Numbered from the stretch's first letter, positions 1-13,859 are shown. The stretch: 64,000 bases of DNA from Octopus bimaculoides (GCF_001194135.2 NC_068996.1:20865279-20929278), one strand, 5' to 3'. The notes: a model not told the origin generated them from the letters alone. Program-made: numbers and translations.

Positions 1-652
1 GGGTAATTTGCAAAAACCTGGTCCTGCCCCATGATAAGAACTGGTGGGAACACAAACCACTTTCAGTGCTTGAAAATGATCACATCTCACTCCTCTGGAA
101 CTTCACCATTCAAACTGATAGAAAGATAGATGCGAATAGGCCAGACATCATATTGAAAGACTTCAGACAAAAATCATGCCTCCTCATTGATATGACTGTA
201 CCAATCAATATAAATGTATCTGTCAAGAAATACCAAAACTGAGCAAGTATAAAGATCTTGAAATAGAAATTGGCAAAACGTGGAACCTCAAGACTAAAAC
301 AATACCTGTTGTCATAGGTGCCCTAGGAATGATAGCAAAAGGGGTTGATTACCACCTAACTCAGATACCAGGAAATCCCATAATGGCAGAAATTCAAAAG
401 ATAGTGCTCATGGGAACTACCCATATCCTACGTAAAATACTGTCTATGTAATCTCAAATTTTAAAACAAACTCATAATTTTCTTATGTTTTCTTAAACAT
501 TCTCTAGAACAATGCTACATGCAAAACCAAATATATGACACCCTAGGCATAACACCAACATGAACTTCTAACTTGTAGTCTCTTAAGGTCTCTGGGTGAG
601 ACTTGGAACCAACTTTTACAAACACAAAGCAAAAGTCAATAATAATAATAAC
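1..652 (+). mobile_element. 3' end of a restriction-like-endonuclease non-LTR retrotransposon (R4/Dong-like), one frameshift
   Basis: Translation: WWEHKPLSVLENDHISLLWNFTIQTDRKIDANRPDIILKD...LIDMTVP.../KYKDLEIEI...IPVVIGALG...HILRKILSM*, stop at about 451. PD-(D/E)xK RLE motif, then a 3'UTR ending in (AAT)n at about 637-652. Confidence 0.8.
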
Positions 653-879
653 AATTCTTTCTTTTATAGGCACAAGGCTTAAAATATTGGGGGAGGAGGA
701 TAGTTGATTGCATTGACCCCAATACTCAAATGGTATTTATTTTATTGACCCCCAAAAGGATGAAAGGCAAAGTCAACCTCAGTGAAATTTGAACTCAGAA
801 TGTAAAGACAGACAAAATACTTTCAGTTTCATCTATGACAAAACCTCTTTTGCTATAGGCATCAAACACAAGTAAATTG

Positions 880-1900
880 CCTAACCCTCTCAGTCAAAGG
901 TAGATGGTAGGGCGATTTTCACACTAGACTTGGCTGACAGCCAGATCCATTTCCATCCTACTTCCAACACCAACTGTCCTATAACAAAACTCAACAAATC
1001 AGTAATGTTCAGACACTGAATAAGTGTGTACAAAATGGTTTCATCACTTTGCATGTATCTCAGACAGGCCCAGCTAATGACACTTTCAAGCTTGTAGAGT
1101 TTGCAGTGATGTCCACTCCTGACAGAACTACCAGCCACAAATTCTCCTGAACAGACCAGCCAGTTCAATCTTGTCAATGCTGAGAATTTTCCTGTTGCAA
1201 TTCTTCCCTACCACTAGCCCTCTATAGAACAACATAGAAGCTCCACCAACTACATTTTGCTAACTGACAGAGGACAGTTAGTGCCTAATGACATCCTTGT
1301 TACTAAGTGCTCATATTTGATCTTTGTTTCATTCAAGACAGTAGCTCATACATGGAAACAGTCTGTGAAAAAACATGCCTAACAAAAGACAACCACACTT
1401 GCTCACTGTCTAGAAATTTTTGTAGCCATCACAACCTCAGAACATATCAGCACATCAACAGCCATGGTGTAAGCAGTAAGTGGACTGCCTGACTAGTGAA
1501 CATGTCCTTTTGACAAGAATTCAAAGAACAGATGTTTCAATCTAGTCATACAAAACTAGGGCAAGGTGTAGTAGTCAGGTAGTAATATATAAAGGTGGTG
1601 GTAGGTGCATTTGCCATTTCTGCTTGACTTTTCAGACTTAACCTCTTCTCAGCCTTTTATGGATGACAATGCTCATAATCACATCCCAGTTTGTATGCAC
1701 ATGGAAGTCCAAACTGAATCAGACCACAAGTAATTTAACAGGGCTGCTCATTCGGCTTTCCACAATGCAGTCCAATAGCATGGACTTATCTCTCCCAGTG
1801 CTGAGCTGCAAACCTACTGATTTACTTGGGTTAAGCTTTGTGCCTGTCTAAATCTTGTTCTCCTTTCAATAGCTGCTGAACACCTCAATTTCCATGTCTG
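880..1900 (-). mobile_element. Highly decayed L1/Tx1-like LINE fragment
   Basis: Minus-strand remnants SKSVGLQLSTGRDKSM...PVKLLVV and a degenerate zinc knuckle YMQSDETILYTLIQC. Many stops. Confidence 0.5.
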
Positions 1901-2273
1901 GCACCATTATAATAATATCATTTATAATGACAACACAGCTCTACCATGTCCCAATTTGAACGGGATGCTCTACAAATACTGTATAACAATGATGGGCTCA
2001 CTTGTCAAAGACAACGTATGAGTACTCAGTTTTTTTTCCTAAACAACCTGCAGAAATGATTTGTTTATAGTGATCAAAATGTGCTGTACATTAACTCACT
2101 CTCTCCATCAAAATAACATTGCTTGAATAGGTGCATGGTGTGTCATGCGTTATGTGTTTAAGTGGTTGCAACACCTGGTCTAGTAGAAAGGATTATTATT
2201 ATTAATAGTTAACGACATCTAATTACTGCAACAATAAGAATGACAGCAATGGAAGTTTAAATATGTGGCTTAC

Positions 2274-2416
2274 CGATGAGGTAGTAATGATGCTATCATT
2301 AAACTATCATTTAAAAGAAAAGCATGCACAGCATGGTTAGAAGAAAAGGTTTCAGGATCCAGTTCAGTTAGTTCTCCATTGTGTATAAGCTGACGGCCAG
2401 GAACCTCAGTAACACT
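2274..2416 (-). CDS. EXOC8: EXOC8 coding exon 5 (143 nt, phase 0-2), start of the PH domain: SVTEVPGRQLIHNGELTELDPETFSSNHAVHAFLLNDSLMIASLLPHR
   Basis: Acceptor tttgcag and donor CG|gtaagc. Matches human PGQYLVYNGDLVEYD...VHGFLMNDCLLVATWLPQR. The gene continues left of the window. Confidence 0.96.
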
Positions 2417-2631
2417 CTGCAAATAAACACATACAAACATCAATTAAAGGAAAAAAAAAACTAACAAACTTTTATAGAGATCAGTTAAAAAGAATTCGGA
2501 AACTAATACAGAGATCAGCTAAAGAAAAGGCAAACTCGGTTTTAGAAAATAAATTTTTACTCTTATTTTCATTTTACTTATTTTCTTGCAAGACTAGGTG
2601 GAGTAATTATTACTGATACTGCCTAATTATT

Positions 2632-3080
2632 GTAAGATACAGAAATAAATTTATTTCTCAGACTCGAACTCACATCTCTGTGATTACATCACGCGTTTGA
2701 GAAATAAATTTATTTCTGTATCTTACAATACATCTCGAAGCTTCTAAAAAAGAACAAACTTAGTTTACTTTCATCGTAAAGTTGAATTTAACGTTAGCGT
2801 CTTATGAAGCTAAATTTATAAGTTCTAAAATTGCAGAAGAATTTGTTGCTGGGCAGTTTAGTTTAACGGTAAAACACTTGACATGTAATCACAGAGATGT
2901 GAGTTCAAGTCTCATGGCTGGCCGGTAACATATTTTTCTGCATTATATGGATAATTTATCCTGATCACGCTGTTTATAGCATTATCATGTGTTTGAGAAA
3001 TAAATTTATTTCTATTTCATACAATACATCTCAATGCTTCTAAAGACAAACTTTGTTTACTTTCATCGTAAAGTTGAATT
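2632..3080 (+). mobile_element. Composite tRNA(Thr-TGT)-derived SINE-like insertion with inverted 5' segment
   Basis: 12-bp direct repeat TGCCTAATTATT at 2620-2631 and 3081-3092. tRNA-like head 2851-2923 with A box, GTTCAAGTC B box and T-stem gtgag/ctcat. Internal direct repeat about 2696-2789 vs about 2992-3080. Confidence 0.65.
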
Positions 3081-6000
3081 TGCCTAATTATTATTAAAAG
3101 ATTGAGACAAAGAAACTAATATGCACTATTCATATTTCCCATAGATAGGACTGCATCCCAAAGCCTAGCCCTTCACTTCAGGGCTTCATGGTCAGATGTC
3201 ACTTCATCCCCCAACCATTACTGATACTCTACAAAGTTCAGATGAGATTCACAATAGAGTATTACTCCCATATCTGACACAAAAAGGATGCTACTGTTGC
3301 ACACACAAACACCTTAAACTGCATCTAGAAAATGAGCATCAGACTAAGAGTGGCATAAAGTCACTCAGACATGTTCCAGTCTCTGGTACACAGGTCTTAC
3401 AGTTCTCCTCTCTTTGTTTTTCTACTACTACTATAATGGCCTCTGCTCCTCAGAGCTAGCTGAGCTTATGCTTCTTCCACTCAGAAATTTTCTGACCCAC
3501 TTGTCTCTCTTTTAACAATTATGCATGTTGTGATCAACTCCATCTTAAGATCCTGCACTAATCGCTACACTGGCTCTTTGCTCCCCAGAATGTCCTACTG
3601 GAATTTCATCCTTGTCCCTGGCACCCTGGAACTTCATCTTCTTGTACACCTTACTGACAATGCAAGTGATTAACAAATCCTAATTTTCAGCAGTTCAGTG
3701 ACTAGGGATAGGCTGGTTTCTTAGCTTTCATATCCTTAATACCTAGTTCAACTGTATAACAACCACTTTCAATAATGGGTCTCCTCATTCAGTCTGCTTG
3801 GAGTAGTTCCTATCTCATGTATTTTTCTCATTCAACAACTGCTTGTAGTACTTCCATGCTTTTTAACTCTTATATTCCATACACATTTTTCACAAATAAA
3901 ACATCCAAATTCTATTTTGTAATCTGGAAATCCCTCATAACAGGACATGTACAAACCTTTCACACTATGATTCTTTCCTTATTTAGTATATCTGCTGTTT
4001 CATTTTTCTCTCAGTCATCTGATAATGTTTCTTGATACCCACTCCCTTTTCCATTAATTCCAATCTTTCTCGAGATAGTCTCATTTCATATTAATAGAAA
4101 AAATAGGCATAACATCTTCAACAGAAATTCTACTAAAGTTTCATACTTTCTATTAACACAAAGTATATGTCAAGAAATACTGGCACCAAAATAGAAAGCA
4201 GGTGTAATTGTGGAAACCCCAGGATCTAGGGTTTCAGTAAATAAAAACTGTATCGCCAGTTAGTTAGTTTAAAATGTCAAGATGGAATTGAGCAATGGCT
4301 TGCAGCTGAAATTTCATCAAGAGAAAATTATTGAAAATGAGATTTTACTCAAATAAGCATCCAAGTAGGAAATTTACTACTGTTTTGTCTTGATCATTTA
4401 ATATAAATGCTTTTAATATAAAATGATCAATCTTTTACTTTTACATTTGCTTAGAAGCAGTGTAACAGTAGAAAGAAGCTGATAATTCATTTTCTGGAAG
4501 AGTTAGAAGACCATGTCTTGATTATAAAATTAATTTTTACCTTGGTTTCTACAGTTGGATTCTTTTTCTTTTACTAATCATTTTACACAGGGTACTTGGT
4601 ACATTTCATTTGGTGCATATCATAACACCAGTACTGTTTTAAGACATGGGTACACTAGGCAGTTGCCCAGGGGTTCCACGGGTCTAGGAACCCAATTTTG
4701 ATTTATATATGCTTTGCCTTGCTGTCAATAAATAAATATTATTGGGCTGAGTACACTGATTTGCTTGGGGGCCTAAGATGCGCCTGCATGGCACCAGTAT
4801 TAAAGAGGTCATCATATTTTTGACACGATTAAAAGAATTGTCACAAAACTATACTGTCTCTGCTTGTTTGCTAACCATTTTTACAAGGAGTATATGGTGC
4901 ATTTTTATCAAGAACTAGTAGTGAACAGGTGTAGTGTGTGTGAGTGATCATACTTTCTGTGAACTATTTCTATGTATAGTTTCCTTGATATCAAAATCAA
5001 AGCACTACAAGGCTTTGATTGGTACCTTTTATAATGTCAAGGCTGTGGACACTATTGTTTAAATGCTATCCAGCAGTTTTGTTTATCATCAACCAAATTT
5101 GTTCCTCTTTCTCTCTCCATATCTACCCCCCACTCCCCGCAAATAGTGAACAAAATTAAATAAAAAGAAAAGAAGCACAAGAAATAGTCAGAGATTTTGG
5201 TAAAGAAATAAAACTATAGAAAAGGCTGATGACTCATCAACAATTCAGTAATTAAATACTGTCAGTCAGTTTATTCACTTTTACACAATGATAATAGTAA
5301 ATACAGACACACACACACACACACGCGTACACATATATAATGACTTTATACGCATGTGATAAAGTCATTATATATAGACACAATATATATATAATATCAT
5401 AAATGATACATAGTATTTCAGTGACTTTTCTTTTCAGGACGCACACACAGACATTTATTATAATAGTTTAAAATGACTAATGCTCCATTATTTTAGCATA
5501 ATAAATATATTTCGTTGACATTTTAATGTGTTCATAATAATATTTTGAATCACTTATTAATGAACAATACATACTTTGTAAATAATTGTAAAAAATTTAT
5601 AAAAATTACTTTTTATAATTTCTCACATAATAGATTTGAAACAAAAAAAAATTCATTAATTTATTAGAAATATAATTAATAACGAACATATGTATGCTGG
5701 GGGTGTTGGTCGTTGTAGGGGAATGTAAAAACGAAGCAAAAGAAAGCTATTGTACAGTAAATAGTTTACTCTATTAAAATTAGGTCACTTTAACCTATTT
5801 GTATTTGAAAGTTTCAATTAAACGTAATAACGAGTACATTTCACACAACTCTAAAGATTTCTTGGAACGAATTGGGAAGACAAAGGAAAATTTAAACTAA
5901 TACATGGAAATGAATTTAAAAAAGAATATTTCATAAGACCTTTCTCTGTATCCGGATTTTGTTAAAAGCGCAAAACAGTTGTCAAGCACTGGTGGGATAA

Positions 6001-6789
6001 TGCACAACATGCACACAAAACACACACACGACAGGATTCTTTTAGTTTCTATCTACCAAATCTACTTACGATAGGGTCAGCTCAAGGCTATAGCAGAAGA
6101 TACTTGCCCAAGGTGCCAGGCAGTGTTATTGAACTCAGAACCATGTCATTGAGAAGTAAACTTCTTACCACAGAGCTACGCCTGTGCTTAGCAAACTTAT
6201 TGCCACATAAACAAACTTAAAGTTTGACTTAGATCCACTTGACTTAAAGTTTCATGGATGCATCTGAACATCTGATTAGATGGCTGTGTCCTACATGTGT
6301 ATTAAACTTACAGTCACGTGCAGCTGAGTCAGACTGTTATTAAACACATGTAACTCTAACCTAATGTGTTGAATGCTACTTTCTTTCATTTTTGGACTCA
6401 CTTGTGGATCAGGTTTGTGGCTAGTGCAAAGTTCCAGCCAGATCAAGGGTGACATGGTGGTGGAACAATCAAACATAAAAACAAAGAATAGGTTTGGAAA
6501 GATTGGAAGAATGGGGGCAGCAGAGATCAATACCAGGTGATCAGAAGAGAAGCTAAGTGACAGGTACATTTAGCAAGAGGAGAAGCAGCATGAGAATCAG
6601 AGGCATGAGATGTTCCAGATTGCAAGATTGTAACTGAGTGAGTCAAGATGAGGAGAGAGAAATGGTATATAGATGATGTTATACTTGTACTTAAGTGATT
6701 CTGAAAACAAAAGTGGAATAGAAATGCTTCTATGAAAGGGTACTAAACATGGAGAAAGTATGGGAGAAAGAAGGCTTTCAATGTGAACA

Positions 6790-8290
6790 CGGTAGGATGA
6801 CCAGTCATTCAAGTTGACAGCAGGTTGATAAATAAAGCAATTAAGAATATGAAGACTGGGAAAGCCCGTGTCCATCATGAATTACCACAGAGATGCTTAA
6901 TTTCTCTGGTGAAGTAGGATATGACCTTGTTACCTGTATGGTTAGCTTGTACAAGATATTATATCCAATGACTGGCATAGTAACTTTATAATCTACTGTT
7001 GGAAGGTTAAGGACAATGCTTTAGACAGATGTAATTATAGAGGTACCAAAATGCTGGACCAGATTAATGAAAGTTACAGAAAAAATTATAGTTTAACGCA
7101 TTAGGAACACGGTGAGACTAGATGAGAGGCAATTGGGTTTTGTGCAGAGAGAAGTATTACTGATGCTCCTTTTTTATAGTAAAGCAACTGCAACAAACAT
7201 TTAGCCAAAAGTAAATAAATGTACTTGACATTTGTCATCCTGGAGAAAGCTTTTGAGAGTGGCTCTTGCTTTCTGATACAATGATAGCTGTAGAAGTGAG
7301 GAGCAAATGAATGGTTGAAAGGAACCATCCAAACCATGTTCAGGGGTGCTGTCAGTAAGGTTAAAGTAGTAATAAGTAGAGCAACAAAGTTTTTATGCAA
7401 GTAGGAATTCACCAGGACTCAGCCAAAAGTCCCCTCCTATTTATCATTGTCCTCCAGACCAGAAGAAGAGTTTAAGAGCAGGTGCCCATGGGAACCACTA
7501 TATGTTCAAGATCTTGTTCTTATAGCTGAATCTGCAGTAGAATTAGAAATGAAATTCTAGGTGTAAAAGCAAAACCTGGAATCAAAAGGCCTTAAAGTTA
7601 ACTTAGCAAAGACTAAAGTTCTAGTAAGCAGAAAAACAACAAACCACTAATCCCTTCAGGTAAATGGTTCTGCTCGATATGTAGAAAAGTTGTAGGTAAA
7701 AAATCTATAGGATATATCCAGTGCAAACTATGGATACAAAGTGCTGTGGAATTGCAGGAAGTTTATCAGAAATATGCTTTGTATGTGGTAGGTATGCATA
7801 AACAAATGAACACTAAGAACACACAGAAACAAATTTTCTCAAATGTCCAGAAGGATCCTTAGAGGTAGTGGGTAGTTTCTGTTACCTAGGTGATCTAATT
7901 AACCCCTTGCAGACAGAAAGCAGTACTGACTGCATTAAAACACTGTGTGTGTGTGAGAGCAGTGCGATGTCTCACTCTGTGCAGCACTGTGTTTTCAAAT
8001 ACACCACACTGAGAAGAATCTGTAAATACATTGTAAAATTCCTTGTATGAAAAATTATAAAGTAACTGAATGGCCTAATACCAGTACACAACACAGAGTG
8101 TCAATATTAAATCCATCTGCAAGGGGGGTTAATAGTCAAAGAGGATGTTCAGAGAGTATAGTCTCTAGAATAAGAATCAGTTAGAGAAGTTCAGAGAGCT
8201 ATCATCTCTCTTGGTAACAAAAATCCTCTCCTACAGGATGAAAGGTAGATTGTATGATGACTGTGTACAAAAATTAATGCAACATGATAG
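6790..8290 (+). mobile_element. Decayed RTE-clade LINE reverse transcriptase region
   Basis: Remnant motifs AIKNMKTGKA, CNYRG, RLDERQLGFV, GIHQDSAKSPLLFIIVL, GLKVNLAKTKVL, FCYLGDLI. Numerous stops and frameshifts. Confidence 0.8.
7903..8128. mobile_element. piggyBac-like MITE nested in the RTE LINE
   Basis: TTAA on both sides (7899-7902, 8129-8132) and TIRs CCCCTTGCAGA / TCTGCAAGGGG. Removing it restores the LINE frame GDLINSQRGCSESIVSRIR. Confidence 0.85.
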
Positions 8291-9439
8291 TGAAACATAA
8301 GATGTGAATGTTTAAGTTCACCTACTTAGTCCTATCAATTTCCTTTATTCCAATGTAATTGTTAATTACCATCTCTTCATGTAGAGCTATGATGTCAAAG
8401 AACTCATCAGGGATATTTATTTCCAAGTGTTCCAAAGATGTGAAAATAATTTTGTAATTCACATACAGTATTTCACATATCTTTTGAGGATCAATAGTAA
8501 GTGAGCCATTTTCTTCAAACAGTGACCCTATCTTGTTTGTACCGAAACAGACTCTTTTGCAAATCTACAAAAAACTTTAGGGATTGTTTTTAGATTTTAT
8601 TATTTATTATTTATTTTTTTTGCTCTCTCCTTATTTGAGATATGATTCCTCCCTATCCTTTAGTAGTCCATTTAGCTGATTTGAGATCTTTGTTCATTAT
8701 CTCATTAGAATTTTCCTATCTCTTGGGATTATGCTTTTCTATCAGTTTGACATTTTCCCCAGAGCAAACTTAGTGTGCTTGTCTTGCATGCTTGTCATAA
8801 CATGTAGCTTTATTTCAGTACCCTGTGCAGAGAGACTGGAAGACCAGTTTTATTCCTGGACCTCTTTCTGAATACCTCTTCAACTACCTTTATGAAAGAA
8901 CATGCTGGACAGGAGTTCTAGTAAACTGCATGTTTGTAGTTTCTCTCAGACCATACATTGTTAGTTCTACTAAGTTATGGAGTAATTTTCTGTATTTGAC
9001 TCAAGTCAAAAGTTCTGGTACTGTGCATCACTTAGCTAACACACATACAAGCAAACACATATACAAGCATGTGTACACATAAACATAAGACCAGTTCTCA
9101 GACAGACTCAAAGCAGACCTTGGAGTGAGAGAGGAAGTCACTAAATCACTGAAAAGGTTGTGAACAGTGATGAAAGAACTTTGACTAACAAACAAACAAC
9201 ACATTAAACAAACAAGTGATTAGTTAGTCGGTTAGCTATTTAACCAATTGACTAATAATAAAGAAGTAGAAGTGAACTTGTGTGTGTGTGTTATTATTAT
9301 TATTGGTGGAAAGACTCTCTCAAGACACAACAAAACTTATTTCAACACACAAATTCACATCAAGTATCTTGTAAACCAAATACAAACCCAGGAAGACATG
9401 GGATGAAGTGGTGAGGCATGATTTTCAAATGTTGGGCCT

Positions 9440-11230
9440 CAAGGAGGTGATGACAAGAGACTGGGACCTTTGGTGATATGCTGTGCTTGAGAAGACTAGA
9501 CAAGCCAAGTAAAATCGTAGTTGTGGCTAATGCTGGTGCCACATGACTGTGGCACATAAAAGCACCTCTGCTGGTGGCACATTAAAAACACCCATTACAC
9601 TCTTGGAGTGGTTGGTGTTGGGAAGGGCATCCAGCCATAGAATCCATGCCAAACCAGACTGGAACTTGGTGCAGCTCACCAGCTTGCCAGTTCCAATCAA
9701 ACCATCTAACCCATGCCAGCATGGAAAGCAGATGCTCAATGATGATGATGATGATTAAGTGAAACACACACTCACATATATGTACATATCAATTCAATTT
9801 GGGTATTATTTTGGCAATGATCTGGTAAACTGGTGATGAAATGATTATAGTATTAAGCAATAAAACGTGTTGCTTAATCCATTGTTTTGTTAATATTTCT
9901 ATATGTACATATATACACATAAATAGATGCACATATACACACATACATACATGCACATATACAAACATACGTACATGTATGTGTATATATATATATATAT
10001 GTATATATATATGCATGCATATACAAGTACCCCTCATTCATTGGACAATAAACTTTTCTTGCGAAGACCTATTGAGGCAAGTGAAATCAAATCAAATCAA
10101 AATCGTTGACATGGCCGATAACAGTACTGCCTGATTGGCACTCGTGCCAGTGGAACGTTAAAAGCACATCCGAGTGTGATCATTGCCAGGGTCACAGACT
10201 AGCCCCTGTGCTGGTGGCATGTGAAAAGCACCATTCCAGCATGATCATTGCCAGCGTTGCCTTACCGGCACATGTGCCAGTGGCACGTGAAAAACAACAT
10301 TCGAGCGTGGTCGCTGCCAATGCCGCCGGACTGGCTCCTGTGCAGGTAGCACGTAACAGACACTTATTGAGTGTGGTCGTTACCAGAACCTCCTGACTGG
10401 CCCTTGCACTGGTGGCATGAAAAAGTCTTGTGCCGGTGGCACGTAAAAGCACCCACTACACTCTCGGAGTGGTTGGCGTTAGGAAGGTCATCCAGCTGTA
10501 GAAACATTGCCAGATCAGATTGGAGCCTGGTGCAGCCTCCTGGCTTACCAGTCCTCAGTCAAACCGTCCAACCCATGCCAGCATGGAAAGCAGACGTTAA
10601 ACGATGATAATGATGATATAAGTACGTACACACACAATAGATGATAATTGGAAGGCTCCAATTTCTAGTACTTTGAGTTACTCATTTCCAACCATCAGCT
10701 GGTAATCCAAGTCTGCTTTTCTTTTGAAATATTCACTGTTTGAATGTTTTTTTGAAGTACGAAATGAAAATTTGAAAAAAATGCTCATGTTTATGTTCTT
10801 ACATTTAAAAAAACCTTAGTAAGTGAAACATGCAAAAATGACTGCTTTAAGCTCACATTTTTTATTTCATTTCTAGTTCTCATGGTGATATTATAAAAAG
10901 TCTTAAAACTTCATATGAGCAAGTTTACTCTAATAACTTTACTCATGAAACTGTGTTGTAATCTAAGTATTGTTTCAAAGTAATACTTTTAATTAATCAC
11001 CATCATCGTCATCGTTTAATGTCCATGTTCCATGCTGGCATGGATTGGATAGTTTGACAGGAACCAATGTGTCCAAGAACTACATCAAGCTCCAATGTCT
11101 GCTCTGGCATGGCTTTTACAGCTGGATATGCTACCTAATGTCAACCACTTTATGGCATAGACTAAGTGGGGTTTTTTATCATGCCACTTGCAGCTACTGA
11201 GATTGCTATGTGTTATGCAGTTCACGGCAG
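9440..11230. repeat. Three RTE-3'UTR-derived repeats: about 9440-9755 (+), 10044-10617 (+), 10998-11230 (-)
   Basis: Shared core ggaagggcatccagctgtagaaac...ccaacccatgccagcatggaaagcggacgttaaacg(atg)n, also found at the 3' end of the LINE at 61105-62092. Confidence 0.85.
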
Positions 11231-11954
11231 GAATATGAGCTCTAGGGTAGGTGATGTGCTCAACTTCATGTTAGGGAATAAGAGGATCACCATGAGAGGA
11301 GGGGGGACAGAGCAGATTCCAGCAGAGGGATTTGCATGGTTACTCACAACATGTATATACACATGAGCATTTTGTGTCTGCCTGTGGAAGCACACATACA
11401 CACACACATATGTACATACATGCATATACACATATGTATATGCAGACAGTGACATGTGTCCACACATATTAAAACATGTATTAATAACACATATTTTGAA
11501 ATCAACATTTTTTTGAAACCAGAACAGAGTTCATGGAAGCTGGTATTTACATAAAACATACTTAACTATGTGCATACAAAACACTAACAATTCTGTTCTT
11601 TTGTTTAAACTGTTAATGCCCTGAGTAAAAATTCTTAATTTTTCATTCAAACAAAGACTATACCATATCTTTGATTTGAAACTCACAAAGGTATTTCTTT
11701 CTTCTTCACCTCTCTTCATGAAGAGAGGTGAATTCTTCAAACTCTCATTTTATATTTCAAGAATCTTTTTTGAAAAGCAAGCTCAGATTACCAGCTCATG
11801 ATCAAAAACAAGTAACATAGAGTACTGTAAAGTGGAACATTTCAGTTATAATGTATTAAATAACACTCTAAACTTGTATTGATATCTGTAATTTACCACT
11901 TCTGGTGAATCAACAGAGATTATATATATATTATACGCATATAAGTCTGCACTA

Positions 11955-12375
11955 TGTCATACAAGCAGGAGAACCCAGTGATGGCTGTCAGAAAATTTCT
12001 GCAACCACACCACCTCTAACATCTGGCCACCTAACTCCCCAGACTGCAACTCCCTTGTTTATTGTATGTAGGGTACAGTTGAGCGAGAGACCAACAAAAC
12101 TACTTGTAACACCAAAGATGAACTGAAGGCAAGGATTATGCAGTATTCACTAATTTAAACAAGGAGACCGTTCAGAAGAATTGCAGGAGATTCTGAAGTT
12201 GTCTGGATGCTGTGGTTGAAGCCAATGGCAATTTTATTGAATAAATTTACTCTTTGGTATTTCAAGATATTTCTATGTAATTTTGGTAAATATATCTGTT
12301 AAAATGAGATGTCAGTGTTGTTTTCATTTTTGCATAATTTAGATGACACTATATTCACCACACCCTAAATATATA
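11955..12375 (+). mobile_element. maT/DD37D-like transposon 3' fragment
   Basis: Homologous to 43790-44185. Remnant IWPPNSPDCNSL motif. Confidence 0.7.
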
Positions 12376-13226
12376 TAATGTACTGTTCCATGATAAGAAA
12401 TTCAACAAAAAGAGTACTTCATCTGGTGAGAAATAAATATTATTTGTTTAAAGGACACGATATATGTCTTTAAGAGCTACTAATAGTTTCATATGTTGAG
12501 AAATATCTAACATATTCATCAGGCACAAAACCATATATCCTAATGAGCTAAAAGGAATTGAATAGAAGAAGAAACATGAAAGAAATGAGAAAGAAGCATA
12601 TAGAAAATACACATATGAGTCTCTGTTGATTCACTAAGAAGTGATAAATCACAGAACTCAATACAAAACTACATAATACACAAATGTAGGTCAGACGTGA
12701 AGGCATGCATGGTTGCAGTGTATTGCTGCATTCACCATTTGTCAGTATATTCCCAGGTTCTCCTGAGCAACCCATCGGGTAAGGTCTCAGTCAGACTCCA
12801 GCTTTGCGAGATACTGCTTTGACCATGTGGCATGAGGTCAACCAACACAAGTTATCAACCCAGTCAGATACTCAGTGAAGAGAACATAGCAAGCAGGAAA
12901 TCAAGCAACATGGACAAACAGTCTGAGTGGGTACTCTCTAATCATACAAGTAACAGAACACATCCCAGTTTTTGAGTAATGGTAACCCACAATCCTGTGA
13001 AGGATTATGGGTTACCAGGATTATAAATGCAGAATATCCTTCAGAGGTTTAAGACATTTGAAATATTTCCACAACAGCCAGAAATGAAATAAAAAATGTA
13101 AGCTTGAAACAGCTATTTTTGCATGAGCGACACATTATTTTCTTGAAAAAAAATGAAGATAAGCATTTTCTTCATAACAAAACAGTAATTAGCATACTCA
13201 CATTTGAATCTGCTGGAGAGAGAGAC

Positions 13227-13258
<32 letters not shown>

Positions 13259-13816
13259 TAAATTAATGGTTAAACTAATTGACTGGCACATACAATCTGT
13301 CCCCTGATATACTTCAACAAGCACTTACCCCATCCATGCTCAACATCCACTGCATTTTCTTCAACTTTCTCTCACCTTCAGCCTACCTGTACACAATATA
13401 CCTCTGTTGGATCTCTTCCTCATAACATATCCTCCTAATACCTCTTCCCACTACCTATGTCCATTCGCCCTCTCAAGTCCTCAGTTCGCTCAACATTGTC
13501 AATCACTTCCCACCTGAGGCAGTCGTCTCTCCCCTCAAATGCAAGACTTTTTTTTTTGTCCCTCAATACTACTCATCACCTCAGTTGAGGAGTCTTGTCT
13601 TGCAAGTTAGATAGTGACCTCACTGCTATTGGTGCCATGTAAAATGTACCCAGGACACTCTGTAAAGTGTTTTGCATTAATATGTATAGTCACCATTATA
13701 CAATTGCATATCCACAAACTAATGCAAATAAAAGAAAGCTAGCTCATCAGATCACCAGAACATCATAGTTACATCAACAATTCAACTCTAACTATACATA
13801 GGAAAAATTCACTCTT

Positions 13817-13859
<43 letters not shown>

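Noticed and set aside
2851-2923. Functional tRNA-Thr(TGT) gene
   Set aside because: Mismatched acceptor and anticodon stems, and it is embedded in a TSD-bounded repeat. Treated as a SINE head.
5780-5965. Short open frame KDFLGTNWEDKGKFKLIHGNEF
   Set aside because: About 60 codons with no ATG, splice support or recognisable homology; likely a repeat fragment.
10100-10450. Repeat-spacer-like pattern resembling a CRISPR array
   Set aside because: Eukaryotic context; the units are degenerate tandem repeats without unique spacers, and no cas genes are present.
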